From Octopus vulgaris (Eukaryota), in assembly GCA_951406725.2 (NCBI GenBank), contig OX597827.1:66216001-66280000 (forward strand): a DNA stretch of 64,000 nt, written 5' to 3'. The notes beneath the pieces are model-generated. The model worked only from the letters and a program-made list of their open reading frames with translations, was not told the DNA's origin and ran no database searches. Below are positions 13,480-29,902 of this stretch, piece by piece. A program made the translations under genes and the position numbers. Within the stretch, counting starts at the first letter, position 1; every line of letters begins with the position of its first letter.

Positions 13480-13910
13480 TACGCAAGGCGGTGGGAGACG
13501 TATTTGCTAGCTCTGGAGGAGGAATAAAAAGGAACCGAGAAGGTTTCAAATACGTATGCTCTTCATCTCAACCATAAGGAAACATATGTCATTGTTGTAG
13601 GAAAAGAGAAAGTAAATGTTAATTTCAAACTTGAAAGTTAGCGGATCAAACAGGTTGAATAGTACAAGTATTTTGGAGCCAAAATCTCCAAGGAAACCAT
13701 TTGTAAGAAATATATTAGGACATGGCTAGCCATGGTAAGAACGTCCGTAGAAAATCATTACGTCATCTGAACCAATAAAAGTGTCCGAAGTAACCGAAAA
13801 CCAAAGCTACTGGCGAGCGCTGGTTTTGCCAATAGGCATTATTGTCTGCGACGCATTGAGTCTGAATAAGAGAACATAATGCGTTTGAAATTTTTATGTA
13901 TTGGCGAATG
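13480..13910 (+). pseudogene. Degenerate RTE-type LINE reverse transcriptase C-terminal fragment
   Basis: Manual translation gives ...RIKQVE*YKYFGAKISK...IRTWLAMVR...NAFEIFMYWRM, resembling the RTE thumb region (V..FKYLG...AFEMWC.RRM); multiple stops. Confidence 0.6.
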
Positions 13911-13911
13911 T

Positions 13912-14240
13912 TCAGTGGTTAGAGCGTCGAGCTTACAATCGTGAGGTTGTGAGCTCGAATCCCGGACCGGGCTGCGTGTTGTGTTCTTGAGCAAAGCACT
14001 TTATTTCACGTTGCTCCAGTTCACTCAGCTGTAGAAGTGAGTTGCGACGTCACTGGTGCCAAGCTGTGTCGACCTTTGTCTTTCCCTTGGATAACACTGG
14101 TGGCGTGGAGAGGGGAGGCTGGTTTGCATGGGCGACTGCTGGTCTTCCATAAACAACCTTGCCCGGACTTGTGTCTAGGAGGGTAACTTTCTAGGTGCAA
14201 TCCCATGGTCATTCATGACCGAAGGGGGTCTTTACCCTTT
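13912..14240 (+). mobile_element. tRNA-derived SINE family D
   Basis: tcagtggttagagcg A-box, gctcgaatccc B-box; aligns with 44882-45214. Confidence 0.85.
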
Positions 14241-14388
14241 TACAACTCTCTTACAAGCAACATCAGACAGATTGTACCACAAATACGTGAAAGAAGACAA
14301 CCCCTGAACATTGACTTACCCCCTCCACCAAAACTTGCTAGTCTGTATCAAAAATTTCTATCTGTTATTATTATTATCATTATCATCA

Positions 14389-14453
<65 letters not shown>

Positions 14454-14455
<2 letters not shown>

Positions 14456-15000
14456 AGTTGTTATTTCTATCATTGTCATTTCGGTTTGGTCTTATTCCTG
14501 ATAGGATTTATACATGTAGCTGGTTACTCCTGTAACCTTAGGTATCCACATGTTTTCAGCAGTCTTTCAAGTGCTTAGAACCCTCCTGATAATTCTTAAT
14601 ATTCCTATGAGACAAACGGTTTGAAGAAGATCATCTATTCCAATCCCCTTCAGCCTTTTTGATACTATTCCCAACGCAACAATCATTATAGGTACGACCT
14701 TTACAGTTCTCATGGTCCAAATTTCTTCCTATTTCAATTTTAAGGGGTTGAAATTTTTCTTCCTCTTTCCTTACGATTCCGGAATCAAACGAGCATGATG
14801 GGTCGATCTGTAAGCAACCTCGGCTTTCCTTCTCTCTAATGGTTATATGCGTTCTATTATTTTCTAATTTCTTGTCTGTATGAAATGTTAAGTCTCCATA
14901 AAATCTTACCTATCTCTTACTCCAATATTCTTCATGTGTTTCCAGCGACAAATACCAATTTGTGGCACAAAAATGCCTATTGCCAGAATTACCTCTCGCC
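14454..15000 (-). pseudogene. Diverged R4/Dong-like LINE 3' end (REL endonuclease remnant) ending in (TAA)n
   Basis: Minus-strand translation across frameshifts: KILW...TDKKLENNR...CLQIDPSCSFD...EEK...EIWTMRTVKVVPIMIVALG...LIGILRIIRRVL; abuts (TTA)n at 14365-14453. Confidence 0.75.
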
Positions 15001-15257
15001 ATTAGCCTTGGCTTTATCTTACATCGAACACTATGTCCTAATATCTTTCTCATAAATGATTTCCTCGGAGATTTTGGCTCCAAGTTGATTTTGTTGTTAT
15101 GTCAGTTTTCGTTGCTCAGCTTTTCCACGGAAAACCTTCTATCTACCAAACCTTTGTATCATAATCTTTCAGAAAACAGATATTTATTGCATGACACTTT
15201 TGAAAAAACATCTGATCACATACCATTTTATACCAATTTATACTATATTTTTCCCAG

Positions 15258-15753
15258 GGCGGCGAGCTGGCAGAGACGTTAGCACGCGGGCGAAATGCGT
15301 AGCCGTATTTCGTCTGCCGCTACGTTGTGAGTTCAAATTCCGCCGGAATTTCAATACATTAAGACGCAATACCCAGCAGTTGGTATTATATGTTACGCCT
15401 ATTCTTTATATAGAGTGACCCATGAAAGCCTCAATAAGACCGAGGGAAATTCAGGAGAGTTCACAACTGAAAGATGTAAACTGTTATATAGGACAAATAA
15501 TGGAGAGAACATATGTTGCTATATCAGCGAGCTGGCAGACACGTTAGCACGCCAGGCGAAATGCTTAGCAGTATTTCGTCTGCCGCTACGTTGTGAGTTC
15601 AAATTCTTCCAAGGTCGACTTTGACTTTCATCCTTTCAGGGTCGATTAAATAAGTACCAGTTACGCACTGTGGTCATATAATCGACTTAATCAGTCTGTC
15701 TGTCCTTGTTTGTCCCCGTCTGTGTGTAGCCGCTTGTGAACAGTAACGAAATA
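15258..15753 (+). mobile_element. Two SINE family A copies (head-only 15258-15345; near-full 15527-15753)
   Basis: Match to family A head and tail. Confidence 0.85.
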
Positions 15754-16518
15754 AAAACAGCTATATCAGCCGTTTGGCACATATTTTAATCGCAATCAGG
15801 GTGTATGGTACAGCAAATACAACTTCTATTTATTTGGAATTAATATTTTGATAAATCTTGAATACCTTCCTATTCTCTATTTCTTTGTTTCTGGTTTATT
15901 TAAACCACATGCTCCACAAGGAAGGGTGATCATTTTCATACCTGTAATGTTTCTTTCTTTTCTCTCACTAGTATGACATTTATTTGTATTAACAATCTTT
16001 TAAAAGACTCTTAGCACCGCTAGCTTTCGCCTGTTGATATTTCATTAGTGGCGTAGAAATAAAAGATGCCTTTTGCCGGCATTTAAGTAGTGTTCTAAGA
16101 TTAGAGGAAAATGAAAATGGAATATTTGTATTTCTTTTTCTATTTGTCTTCACTCGTCTGAGAAAGATTTTCCGTTAGAGAAAGAAAAGCAATGTATATC
16201 GCTTTGGTTATGGCATGAAATGTTTCATGTATTTTTGTTTCTGAAGGAATATTTTTAGCATCATTAGTCGTCTTTTTGTGTCACATCTATGAACATATAC
16301 CTCTTGACATACAAACTGGAATGTTACTTTTAATAATGGGTTGAGGGCAACAGCAATAACCTAAGAATTGTGCTGTGAAATAAAGAGCCTCGATTGTAAC
16401 GATCTCAATTTCTTTAATCAGTAGAATGCCAGTATGTGTGTGTGTGTGTGTATGTGTGTGTGCGTGTGTGTGTGTATGTGTATGTGTGTGTGCGTGTGTG
16501 TGTATGTGTGTGTGTGAA

Positions 16519-16830
16519 GGCGGCGAGCAGGCAGAAACGTTAGCCGGCCGGGTGAAATGCTTAGCTGTATTTCCCATGCCGCTACTTTCTGAGTTCAAAT
16601 TCAGTCTGTCTGTCCTTTTTTGTTCTGTCTGTGTTTAGCCCCTTGTGGGTAGTAAAGAAATAGGTATTTCGTCCGTCTCTATGTCCTGAGTTCAAATTTC
16701 GCCGGGGTCCACTTTGCTTTTCATATTTTCAGGGTCGATAGATTATGTACCAGTTGCGTACTGGGCTCGATGCAATCGATGAACTACCTTCCCCGGAAGT
16801 TTCAGGCCTTGTGCCTAGAGTAGAAAAGAA
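16519..16830 (+). mobile_element. SINE family A (rearranged dimer)
   Basis: Family A head, tail and second central domain. Confidence 0.8.
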
Positions 16831-16893
16831 TATGTATGTGTGTCTGAGTGTGTGTATGGACCAGCGTATATCTATCTAGCTCTCTCTCTCTAT

Positions 16894-16955
<62 letters not shown>

Positions 16956-17169
16956 GTCAGACTGTCTCTCTCTTTCTCTCTGTCTCTCTGTATATATACA
17001 TATATATATATATACACACACACTTATATATATACACATATATTCGCATATATCCATGTATGTATATATATATTAGTGTATTTAAAAGCTTTCGCACCGT
17101 CCTACATAACAAATTACCTAGATGTTAACGAATGCTCCAGCTCATTGATTATATATATATATATATATA

Positions 17170-17374
17170 TAAACTTAGATAAACTTAGATATGTTTCGAC
17201 CAAAGATTGGTCCAAGCCATGTCTAACTTAATAGCACCACCTGATAGGATTATTCGAATCCTGTTTAAGTCAAGTTTTGTTTATGGTCCATTCAAGTATT
17301 GAGTTCTTCTTGGGTGACCTGTATCCAATTATGGGTGGCTTATCTGGTATTCTTTGAAGGAATCTATCCAGACT

Positions 17375-17377
<3 letters not shown>
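17170..17377 (-). mobile_element. CR1/L2-group LINE 3' end fragment between (TA)n tracts
   Basis: Encodes RSLDRFLQRIPDKPPIIGYRSPKKNSILEW (LD.FL..IPD.P...NS motif as at 27814-28077); ends in tandem atctaagttt repeats. Confidence 0.7.
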
Positions 17378-17423
<46 letters not shown>

Positions 17424-17543
17424 GTGTGTGTATTGTGTATGTATGTATACATACATATGTGCATGTCTGTATTTAGATGTTATAACTGTTGGTTAGTCTA
17501 AAATTTTCAATATGTAAATAATAAACGTGTATATGAGTTTGTT

Positions 17544-17602
<59 letters not shown>

Positions 17603-18799
17603 TCATACATACATTCATTCATACTTACATACATTTCTCAATAACACCATAAGTAGACTACATCGTTCTGTTTACCTCTGCATGATTGCAATTGCCAATA
17701 ACCAAAATAATGGATTGGCTTGCACGTAATCAAAATTCCGCTGCTCAAGCCGTGTATGAAATGAGAAACATTAATACAACTTTTAAAATAATTATATATA
17801 TATATATATACACCATAATTTATGAAGTTATTATTTGCCCTATAAACTGACAGCTGTTGCTCTCCCGAAGCGTTATTGCGTATACTGCTTCGACTTAAGT
17901 TCAAGATGAGATTACGGGTAAATTTTCAAACAAGTCTATTGGGAATGTACAAGGTAGCATGTAATTTCAATACATACTTATAAAACCATGGAAAACAACC
18001 AATACACATAACTTAATTTAATAATATATAAAACCATGTTTTAGGTTTATATATATAAATTGGTTGCAAATTTTGGCACAAAGCCAGTAGGTTTGGAGGA
18101 TGGGGCGTAAGCCGGCTACGTCGACCCCAGTGCTCAACTGGTATTAACTTTTTAACCCCGAGAGGTATGAAAGCCAGATACATCCTCACCGGAATTTGAA
18201 CATAGATTGAACGCATTAATTTAAGACTTATTGCGATAATAATATACATATTGACTCAAAGATGGTCGTTGCTTCTTTTACTAAGACTAATGATAATCTC
18301 TAGCGTTCAGAACTGTAATCGCCAGTGATACCATTTGCTGCGATGTACCGACATTTTTGCTCTGTACAATGTATCACAAAATACGCCAACAAATCGTGTT
18401 TATTATATTTCAAGATTTCTACGATGAAGTCGGATATTACACTTGCCTTTAAGAGATCAGCGTTTATCTGAATTTATGAACATAATATTTTATGTTTTAC
18501 GGCTGCTATACTATATCAGATTGGCTTGAAGGTACACGTCTGCAGTGGCCAAAATATTATCAATAGGAAAATATTATTCGGGTATGTTTAAATTATTTAC
18601 GTGATATGTATATATATATATATGTATAAATCGAATGAATATATGAGCATGTTTCCGTGTGTGAATATTGCATTTTGAGCATGAAGCCTGAGAGTCGTCC
18701 GTATATTTACAAATTATAAAATGAAAGCTTCATACAATATAATTGGATATGGGTTAGAAGCGCAGGAGAGTATTCGCATTATTTAACGCAAAATAACTA

Positions 18800-18860
<61 letters not shown>

Positions 18861-19361
18861 GTAGAATATATGAGAAGGCCTTTTCAGAAAAAGTTGTTGG
18901 CTTTATTTAGAATATAAACAGAAGATAAATATTGTGCAAAGTAGTGAATTTTACGGCTTAGTGTAGGTCGCCCTAGACATTCTCAATGATTTCTACCCTT
19001 TGAACCATTTGCCTCCTATTTTACTCAGATTGTCTCTCTCCTTGCCATTCGATGTTTAAAGATCATATTTATATTTTTATAATTAAATATTAATACGAAT
19101 GTTATAAAAATAATATTGAGAACATTTCGTCTCTTGTGGAAGCATAACAAATTAGTTGCAGAAAAATTTTGAACCCTGGGTAAGAAACATTGTTCTACTC
19201 AGTAAATCATTGAGTCTCTCTCTCATTAATTCTCTAATTCCCTCCCTTTCTGTCTGTGTCCCTCACTATCTCTCCCCGCCTCTCTCTCTCTCTCTCTATT
19301 AACTGTTGGCATGCCTATATATCTCGCCTTCTGTCTCTCAGCAATAAACATATATATATAT

Positions 19362-19627
19362 TACGGAGATGAACTTGCATAGCGAGTGACCTGATCTGAG
19401 ATCGTGTGCTGAAACAAAAAACAATTACAGCGTAAAAAAAGTGTTTATAAGACATTTAAAATTACACAGAAACCATTAGATTCACTTCAACATTTAAGCA
19501 CGGAAGTTTTTCTGTGAACAGGTTGCGCGCTCAAAGTGACGAAAATATATTGGCAAATTAAATTTAAACGTTGAAGTGAATCTAATTGTTCTTGTGTGTT
19601 TTTAAATGGCTCATGAACACCTTCCAT
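19362..19627 (+). mobile_element. Penelope-type pLTR fragment with inverted 5' segment and G3:C8 hammerhead-like motif
   Basis: About 19441-19497 is the reverse complement of 19563-19620; core GTGAACA g gttgc...gtgac GAAA at 19514-19544; same family as 42781-42995. Confidence 0.65.
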
Positions 19628-19685
19628 ACATACATACATACATACATACATACATACATACATACATACATACACACTCACACAC

Positions 19686-19732
<47 letters not shown>

Positions 19733-20221
19733 TAGACATATAGACATATATACACATAGACGTGTATGATTATATAAACATATAATACGTAGGATACCAC
19801 TCGGTAGATAGGTCAAACTTGATTATTACTATTATCAATAATACTGGTTATAATACTTAACTAAATTTTAAATTGTACCGACGCATTGTTCGTTTTTGAA
19901 TGTCATTCGGGTATTCAGATGAACAAACTCGCACGGTTTAATGTGATGAATATTTTCAAGAATAGAGGAATCCAGTAAACTTTGGTTGACGATGCTTGAG
20001 TCCAAAGGTACAAAAGTTAAAATGAATTGATACAGATATCTGTTACTTGCATTTTAGTTTATACAACATAAGCCTATTTTATCATATTCGTGGCATTCAC
20101 CGTGCATATCTATTAATAGTGAGAAATTTGTGGTTTTGGAGTGTTAGGTTGCCTTTCTAACAAGTTGTATTCTGATAACCTATTTTATTTATTTGTATAT
20201 TTTACCCTATAAAGGTTGAAC

Positions 20222-22582
<2,361 letters not shown>

Positions 22583-22718
22583 AATAATAATAATAATGTT
22601 AATAGTAATAATAATACTTTTAATAATAAAAAGAATGGTAATAATTAATTAATTTTAATTATATATACATGGAAAAAGGTGAAAGGGACACAGCGAACAT
22701 GCTGTCTGGAGTAAAACA

Positions 22719-22751
22719 TCCAACGTTTCGGATTCAAACCTTTGTCGAGGA
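22719..22751 (-). ncRNA. Minimal hammerhead-like motif, U3:A8 variant
   Basis: tcc TCGACAA a ggtttgaatcc GAAA CG TT gga; helix I tcc/gga, palindromic ACGT helix III, U4C change. Confidence 0.4.
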
Positions 22752-23142
22752 GCGGAGTAAAAGAGAACAAAAGGAGAAAAAGTCAAGCAGAGATGATGAT
22801 GGCCGTCCACTTGTGACCGAAAAAGTCGATTGCTGGGCTTTAGGAACATTGCATGTTCTACGACTGAATTATATTGGTGGTTAATGAGCCCTGCTCTTCA
22901 CAAGCATACTCGGCGGCAAACACTGCAAGCTTTCTCCATTCACTACACTAGCAGTGTGCTTTCGAGCAGCTCGCTCAAATTTTTTGTGATGACTATGTGA
23001 CCTTTCCAAGGTGTCGACCCACACATTAACATGCTTCCTCCATCTGGGGCGATGACAGTCATCGCTCCCCTACTCGGTTTCATACACGTCGCAGGCTTTT
23101 AATGAGAAATGTACGCAGTCCTTAAATCGCAACCTTGGTTTC

Positions 23143-23234
<92 letters not shown>

Positions 23235-23338
23235 AAATACATAAATAATATACGTGTCCATTATACGAACATGAAACTTCCTTTCGGATAGCAGTAATGC
23301 TTGTTTGTATATGTACCTTTTTCCCACTCTCTCTTTCG

Positions 23339-23451
<113 letters not shown>

Positions 23452-23787
23452 TGTGTGTTTGTGCGCGATTTACTGCCGTTCATGCCTTTTAGCCATTGCT
23501 ACATTGCAATGCAGCAAATCTTAGAAAGACTGGCCATGAAGATGGATGCATTTGATACATGTTCCTATACAAATATTGCAATATAAATAATAGTTACGGA
23601 GAGATTACATTCCCAGAGTATATGCTGACGATATTTCAAGTTGCACATTTGTTATATCGTAAATGTGTGGTGGACGTTTGATGCATGGCTAAACAACATA
23701 TCTGTACCACTACAGCGTATGATATGAAACATATATTATACATTATTCTTTCGCCCTTTCTTTTTCCACGAAATATTTTCAAAGAAA

Positions 23788-23794
23788 ATATCCT

Positions 23795-23834
<40 letters not shown>

Positions 23835-23919
23835 AATATCCTCGCATATATATAAATATCCTAGCATATATATATATATATAAATATCCTAGCATATATA
23901 TATATATATAAATATCCTA

Positions 23920-23975
<56 letters not shown>
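23788..23975. repeat. Minisatellite of ATATCCT(C/A)GC units separated by (AT)n
   Basis: Five units visible. Confidence 0.85.
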
Positions 23976-23977
<2 letters not shown>

Positions 23978-24944
23978 CGACGCTGCATATGGAGACAGGA
24001 ATTTTCCTTCTGCATAAAATACAAACAGAAGGCATGATAAAATACATAAATTCCAATCAAAACTGCGACCATTTCCAAAACGGGAAAATAATGACTATAT
24101 TCAGAAGCTTAAATTACCCTGGAATGTAAGCATGTGTGGGTGGTTATATATGTATGTATGCATGATGTATCATTTATATACGTGAGTGCATGTCTTTCTG
24201 AGGAATTTATGCGTTTATATATATATATATATCTGTGTGTGTGTGTGTGTGTGTTTGTGTGTATGTATATATATATACATATGCATACATTTACATACAT
24301 ATATGTGTATAACCATGTATGCTGGTGTATGCATATATTTTTATGTGTGCTTCTGTGAATCTATCTGTGTTTTGCCATATTGCTAAAAGCTACATATTCA
24401 TTATACATATTTCATGGTTAAGAGTCGATCAGTTTCAAAGATACGAGCTGTTAGAATCGTTACCGAGCCGGAGAAATGTGTTCAAATGCCGCCTGCTTCG
24501 ACGTCGTCTTTCATCTTATCGGGGTCTATAAAATAAACACAAGTTAAGCACTATTTTAATATAATCGACTTAAACTCGTATTTGGTGGATCTCTGCCATA
24601 ATTCGAAACTAAAGGATAACAATTTTCAGAAATACAATGTGCTTATTACTCTTTGCATCACACATAAGATAGCACAATATGGGCGCATGTACAACATATC
24701 CCTACTAGGGTCCTTTATACTAACACCAAATTTTCTAGGTTGAAACCTTTCTAGGATCAGACAGTAGCAATACTTTGTCTTGTTGAAGGCTAAAGCCAGC
24801 CATGTCTATTTGAGGCTAAGCGATCGATTGGACAAACAAGGCATAATGTTAGAATCTACCGAATCAGTGTTTCCAAAGCATGATACTATTATTAGCTCAT
24901 TTTTAAAACAGGTTTACTACTAAAAAATTAAATGATTTAAGTAG

Positions 24945-25495
<551 letters not shown>

Positions 25496-25583
25496 ATTGA
25501 GGTAATCAGATCAGATGGTTCATATTTGTAGATATTTATTTATATATTACATTTTTTACATATATATCATATCATATCATTCG

Positions 25584-25634
25584 GATTTCGGATTAGCGCT
25601 TGCTCCCATTCTAGTGGGCTTTTCAAATCAAATC
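25584..25634 (-). ncRNA. Atypical hammerhead-like motif (U3:A8) in the Penelope 3' region
   Basis: gattt-gat TTGAAAA g ccca ctagaa tggg a GCAA GCGC TA atc-cg-aaatc; helices I and II plus palindromic AGCGCT helix III; A13C deviation. Confidence 0.5.
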
Positions 25635-25712
25635 AGTTGTGGGAAGTTTGAACATTTTATAGTTTTGTAGTAGTGGGTGAGGAGGAAGTGAGACAGAGAA
25701 AAAATGTGTGTA

Positions 25713-25745
<33 letters not shown>

Positions 25746-26555
25746 GTGCGTGTGTGTGTGTGTGTGCGCGTTTATATCTGAGAGTGAAGAAGTGTTATTT
25801 CCGTTGGTCTACTGGACCGCCTGTGGTTTTATAAGAACTTTGGCCGTCCATTTCGATGTCACTGAGTGTGTGTTGTGCGTAGGTTGGCCTGGCAAATGTC
25901 ATTTGGGGTCACACTTTCTATGATCATTCTGTGGAGGTGTGTGTGTGTGTGTGTCTCTGTGTGTCCGTGTGTGTTTTTGTGTGCGTGCGTGTGTGTGTGT
26001 GTGTATGTGTGTGTATGTGTGTGTGTGTGTGTCTGTGTGCTTGGAGAAGGGGAGAGAGACAAAAAGAGAAAAGGGAAAATAAAAAAAATAATAATAAAAA
26101 TAAAAAAATAAAAAAATATAGAAATATAAAAATAAAAAATAAAATATAAAATATAAAATATAAAAAAATAAAAAAATAAATAATAAAAAAATATAAAGAA
26201 TAAATAAAAATATAAAAAATAAAAAATAAAAAAATAAAAATAAAAATAAAAATAAGGGAGGAAGTGGAGAAGAAAAAATATTTTTGTGTGTTGATATTTA
26301 TACCAACACATATATATACACACACACAGACTTATACATAAATATTTGAAAAATCCTTTTTATCGGTTCAAAATGAACAACCAAATTATACCATCTTGAA
26401 AATTGTATATCAGGAAAGTTAAAATTAAAGTGACAATTAAAAGGTAAAGATGGAAGTGAATTATAAAGATAATAATATAATATGATGTATATAACAGGCA
26501 ATACACACATCTACACACACACAGATTTGTCCTTCAATGTATGTTGAGTAAAGTT

Positions 26556-27613
26556 TCAGCCATTTAATTTGGGGGAGAACTTAGCTATGAAATGTTTTTC
26601 CATATTCCTCCTGAAGTGGGTGTCGTTCTTCGGACACTTGTAGAAGGGAAATATCTTAAATTTTCCTTCTCCACATGTAGCTAGGTGTGTGCTTAGTGGT
26701 ATTTTGCGTAGTTCTTCCTGCCGAATATGTTGTCGGTGGATCCTGGCTCGCTGGCACAAAGAATTACCAGTTTCACCTACGTAATTCTCCTTGCACGTGG
26801 GGCAGGTTATGCAGTATATGACGTTCTGCGTCTTGCAGTTCATATCTGCATTTACTTTGAATATGACACCATTTTTAAATCTTATCTCTCTGTTGCTCTC
26901 TATGTATTTGTAGGTGGGGTTGCTGCAGGTCCCACATCTACCATCTCCGCACTCTTTTGCAAAGAATTCCGTTTTAGTTTCTGAAGAGAATTTCGCTCTT
27001 ATTAGGTGTTTTTTTAGGTTTTTGTCCTGTCGTCTACTGTTTTTTATGCTATATTTGTTTAATATGTTTTTCATTTTGGGGCTCTGTAAGGCTATTGGTA
27101 GGTTTGAATGTATGGTTTGGAAGATGTTGGTAACTCCAGGGTTGTGTGTGTTTATAAAAGGGATAGTGTTTTCTTTGTTTTTTGTTTTGGGTGTCCTGAG
27201 TTGTGTGATGTCTAGTTTTAATGCTCTTGTGATTCCATTTTCTATTAGTTTAAGGGGGTATTTTTGCTCTAGGAGGAAGCTTTTGAGTTCATCTAGTCTT
27301 ATTAATCGTATTTGTGAATCAGTTACTATGCTACATATTCGTCGTGCCATACTATATGGGATGTTTCTTTTTGTGTGGGATGGGTGGCAGGAGTGGAAAT
27401 TTAAGTATTGATGTATGTCAGTTTTTTTGTAGTGGATGTCTGTTGTGACGATGGAGTTGTCTATTTTGATGTTGATGTCTAGGAAGGGTAGTTCGTTGTG
27501 GCTGGTATCTATTGTGAAATTGATAGATGGGTGCAGCGTATTAAGGATGTTGTGGAATGTTTGTAGGTCCTCTTCTGATCTGTTCCAAAAGATGAAACAG
27601 TCATCGAGGTAAT
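26556..27613 (-). CDS. Penelope-like RT C-terminal half + Cys-rich linker + GIY-YIG endonuclease (5'-truncated, uninterrupted)
   Basis: YLDDCF, LPFLDINI, YKKTD..QYLNFHSCHP, CGDGRCGTC, NVIYCITCPTCKENYVGETG...QRARIHRQ, R..E..FI..F.P.LN. Confidence 0.93.
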
Positions 27614-27615
27614 AC

Positions 27616-27696
<81 letters not shown>

Positions 27697-27700
27697 TATA

Positions 27701-28170
27701 TTCCTTAGAGCGTAGGCGAGAAATATATGCCATAATGGAAGATCCTAGAAGGACTTGTCCCAAACTTTGGCATCAAGAGTTACACAAACACTAGAACTGG
27801 GCACCACTGCTTAGTGCCAAGAACTCCAAATTTGCCATCAAGATGGAGGACAAGATACTGTGACAGCCTGGGCTTCAGAGGCCCACAGCTCTTCAATATC
27901 CTCCCGAAGGACCTGAGAGACCTGCATGGGGAGGATGCAGATGTCTTTAAAATAAAACTGGATCTCTTCCTGTCAGGTGTCCCAAATGAACCAACTTCAC
28001 GGCAGGAGGTGCAGATGAGGGCAGCTGCATCAAACTCTCTCATGTACCAAATGGCATTTGCTAAAAAGCATTCGTGAAATAAAATCATGTAGCATCACCA
28101 AATGGCAGTGCCCCAGCATGGCCACAGCTCGTGAGCTGAAACTAGATAAAATAAAATAAAATAAAAAATA
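27701..28170 (+). mobile_element. CR1/L2-group LINE 3' end (ORF2 C-terminus, 3' UTR, (TAAAA)n tail)
   Basis: SLERRRE...WKILEGLVPN...RGPQLFNILPKDLR...FKIKLDLFLSGVPNEP...RAAASNSL. Confidence 0.85.
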
Positions 28171-28174
28171 TATA

Positions 28175-28568
28175 GGCGCAGGAGTGGCTGTATGGTAAGT
28201 AGCTTGTGTACCAATCACATGGTTGCGGGTTCAGTCCCACCGCGTGGCACCTTGGGGAAGTGTCTTCTACTATAGCCTCGGGCCGACCAATGCCTTGTGA
28301 GTGGATTTGGTAGACGGAAAATGAAAGAAGCCCGTCGTATATATGTATATATATATATATGCGTGTTTGTGTTTGTCCCCCTAGCATTGCTTGACAACCG
28401 ATGCTGGTTTGTTTATGTCCCCGTTACTTAGCGGTTCGGCAAAAGAGACCGATAGAATAAGTACTGGGCTTACAAAAGAATAAGTCCCGGGGTCGAGTTG
28501 CTCGATTAAAGGCGGTGCTCCAGTATGGCCGCAGTCAAATGACTGAAACAAGTAAAAGAGTAAAAGAG
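28175..28568 (+). mobile_element. tRNA-derived SINE family B, full length
   Basis: ggcgcaggagtggctgt..ggtaag A-box, gggttcagtccc B-box, internal TA/TG microsatellite, gtaaaaga repeat tail. Confidence 0.92.
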
Positions 28569-29692
28569 ATATATGTGTGTATGTGTGTGTGTGTTTGCGA
28601 GCGTGTGTGTGTGTGAGACTATGTATGCGTGCATATATATATATATAAAATAAGGAATACTCCGTCCTACTCTTGTCAATATTTTAATATGAATAGGAAT
28701 AAAAATTGTATCTACTACGCTTCACTATATCATCTGTTCTAATTCTACAAATGTAATTAATAATAGTTGTCATTTGTTTTTCCGATCTTTTTGTGATTGT
28801 TTTAAGTGCCTCTTGTGCCATATCAAAATAATAATCATTATTTTTGTTGAATTTCACGGATTATTACATTGGTTATATTTATGGCGGATGATGAGATTGT
28901 GCCGGATCATTTGAGATAGTTCCTGTTGCTGATTCTGTGATTGATAATTAATATTGTTACGGTACAATTATCATGGAATTTGGCTAAGGTGACCGACATT
29001 TGTGGCATGTTGAGCGACTGTGTTCGGGGAACAGGGTGAAAGACCATAACGCATTCTTTATTCTGTTAATTAATGTCATTAACGACACAAATGCATTAAC
29101 CATAATTTGAACTAAAGACATTATTCTTATAACACTAATTATTGTAACTAATTAATGATATTTTTCGTGAATGTCACACAATGACCAGATATTTACAGCG
29201 ATTGAAAGAAATTTTACATTAACAAAGAACAAATCCAAACGCACAAAATTCCATAACAACGATAATAACCACTGCACAGGAATTCTTCATTGTATCCTAC
29301 TCATCAAAACAACTCATATTTTATTTTAAAGATACAGTTAAAAATACAGCTTCATTTTAATTCATCGGAATGTGTTTCGATGTGTAAAGCATTGAAGCTG
29401 ACTGAAAATAACAATTAAATTTTAACACTTCGTGGTTTATTGAAATTTGTCTTCATCGTTACTTTCCTGTTTCTAGTTGTTATTTTATATATATACTGTG
29501 TCTCAATTGCCCAAGCTCTTGTCCAGCTATACATTTTGCACATTCTCACTAAGTGAAAAGGCATCACGGAAGTGTATATACTTAATATTTGTACATTCAG
29601 TGTGTTGGCAATAAATGATACAAGTTTTGAATAATACTTGAAGGGTTTTTCAGCAGAAGATAAAAACACATTGAGTAAAAGATTGTTCAACG

Positions 29693-29855
29693 GGCGTAGG
29701 AGTGGCTGGGTGGTAAGTAGTTTGTTTACCAACCACATGGTTCCGGGTTCAGTGCCACTGCATGGAACCTTGGGCAAGTGTCTTCTACTATAGCCTCGAG
29801 TCGACCAAAGCCTTGTGAGTGGACTTGGTAGACGGAGACTTGAAGAAGCCCGTCG

Positions 29856-29902
<47 letters not shown>

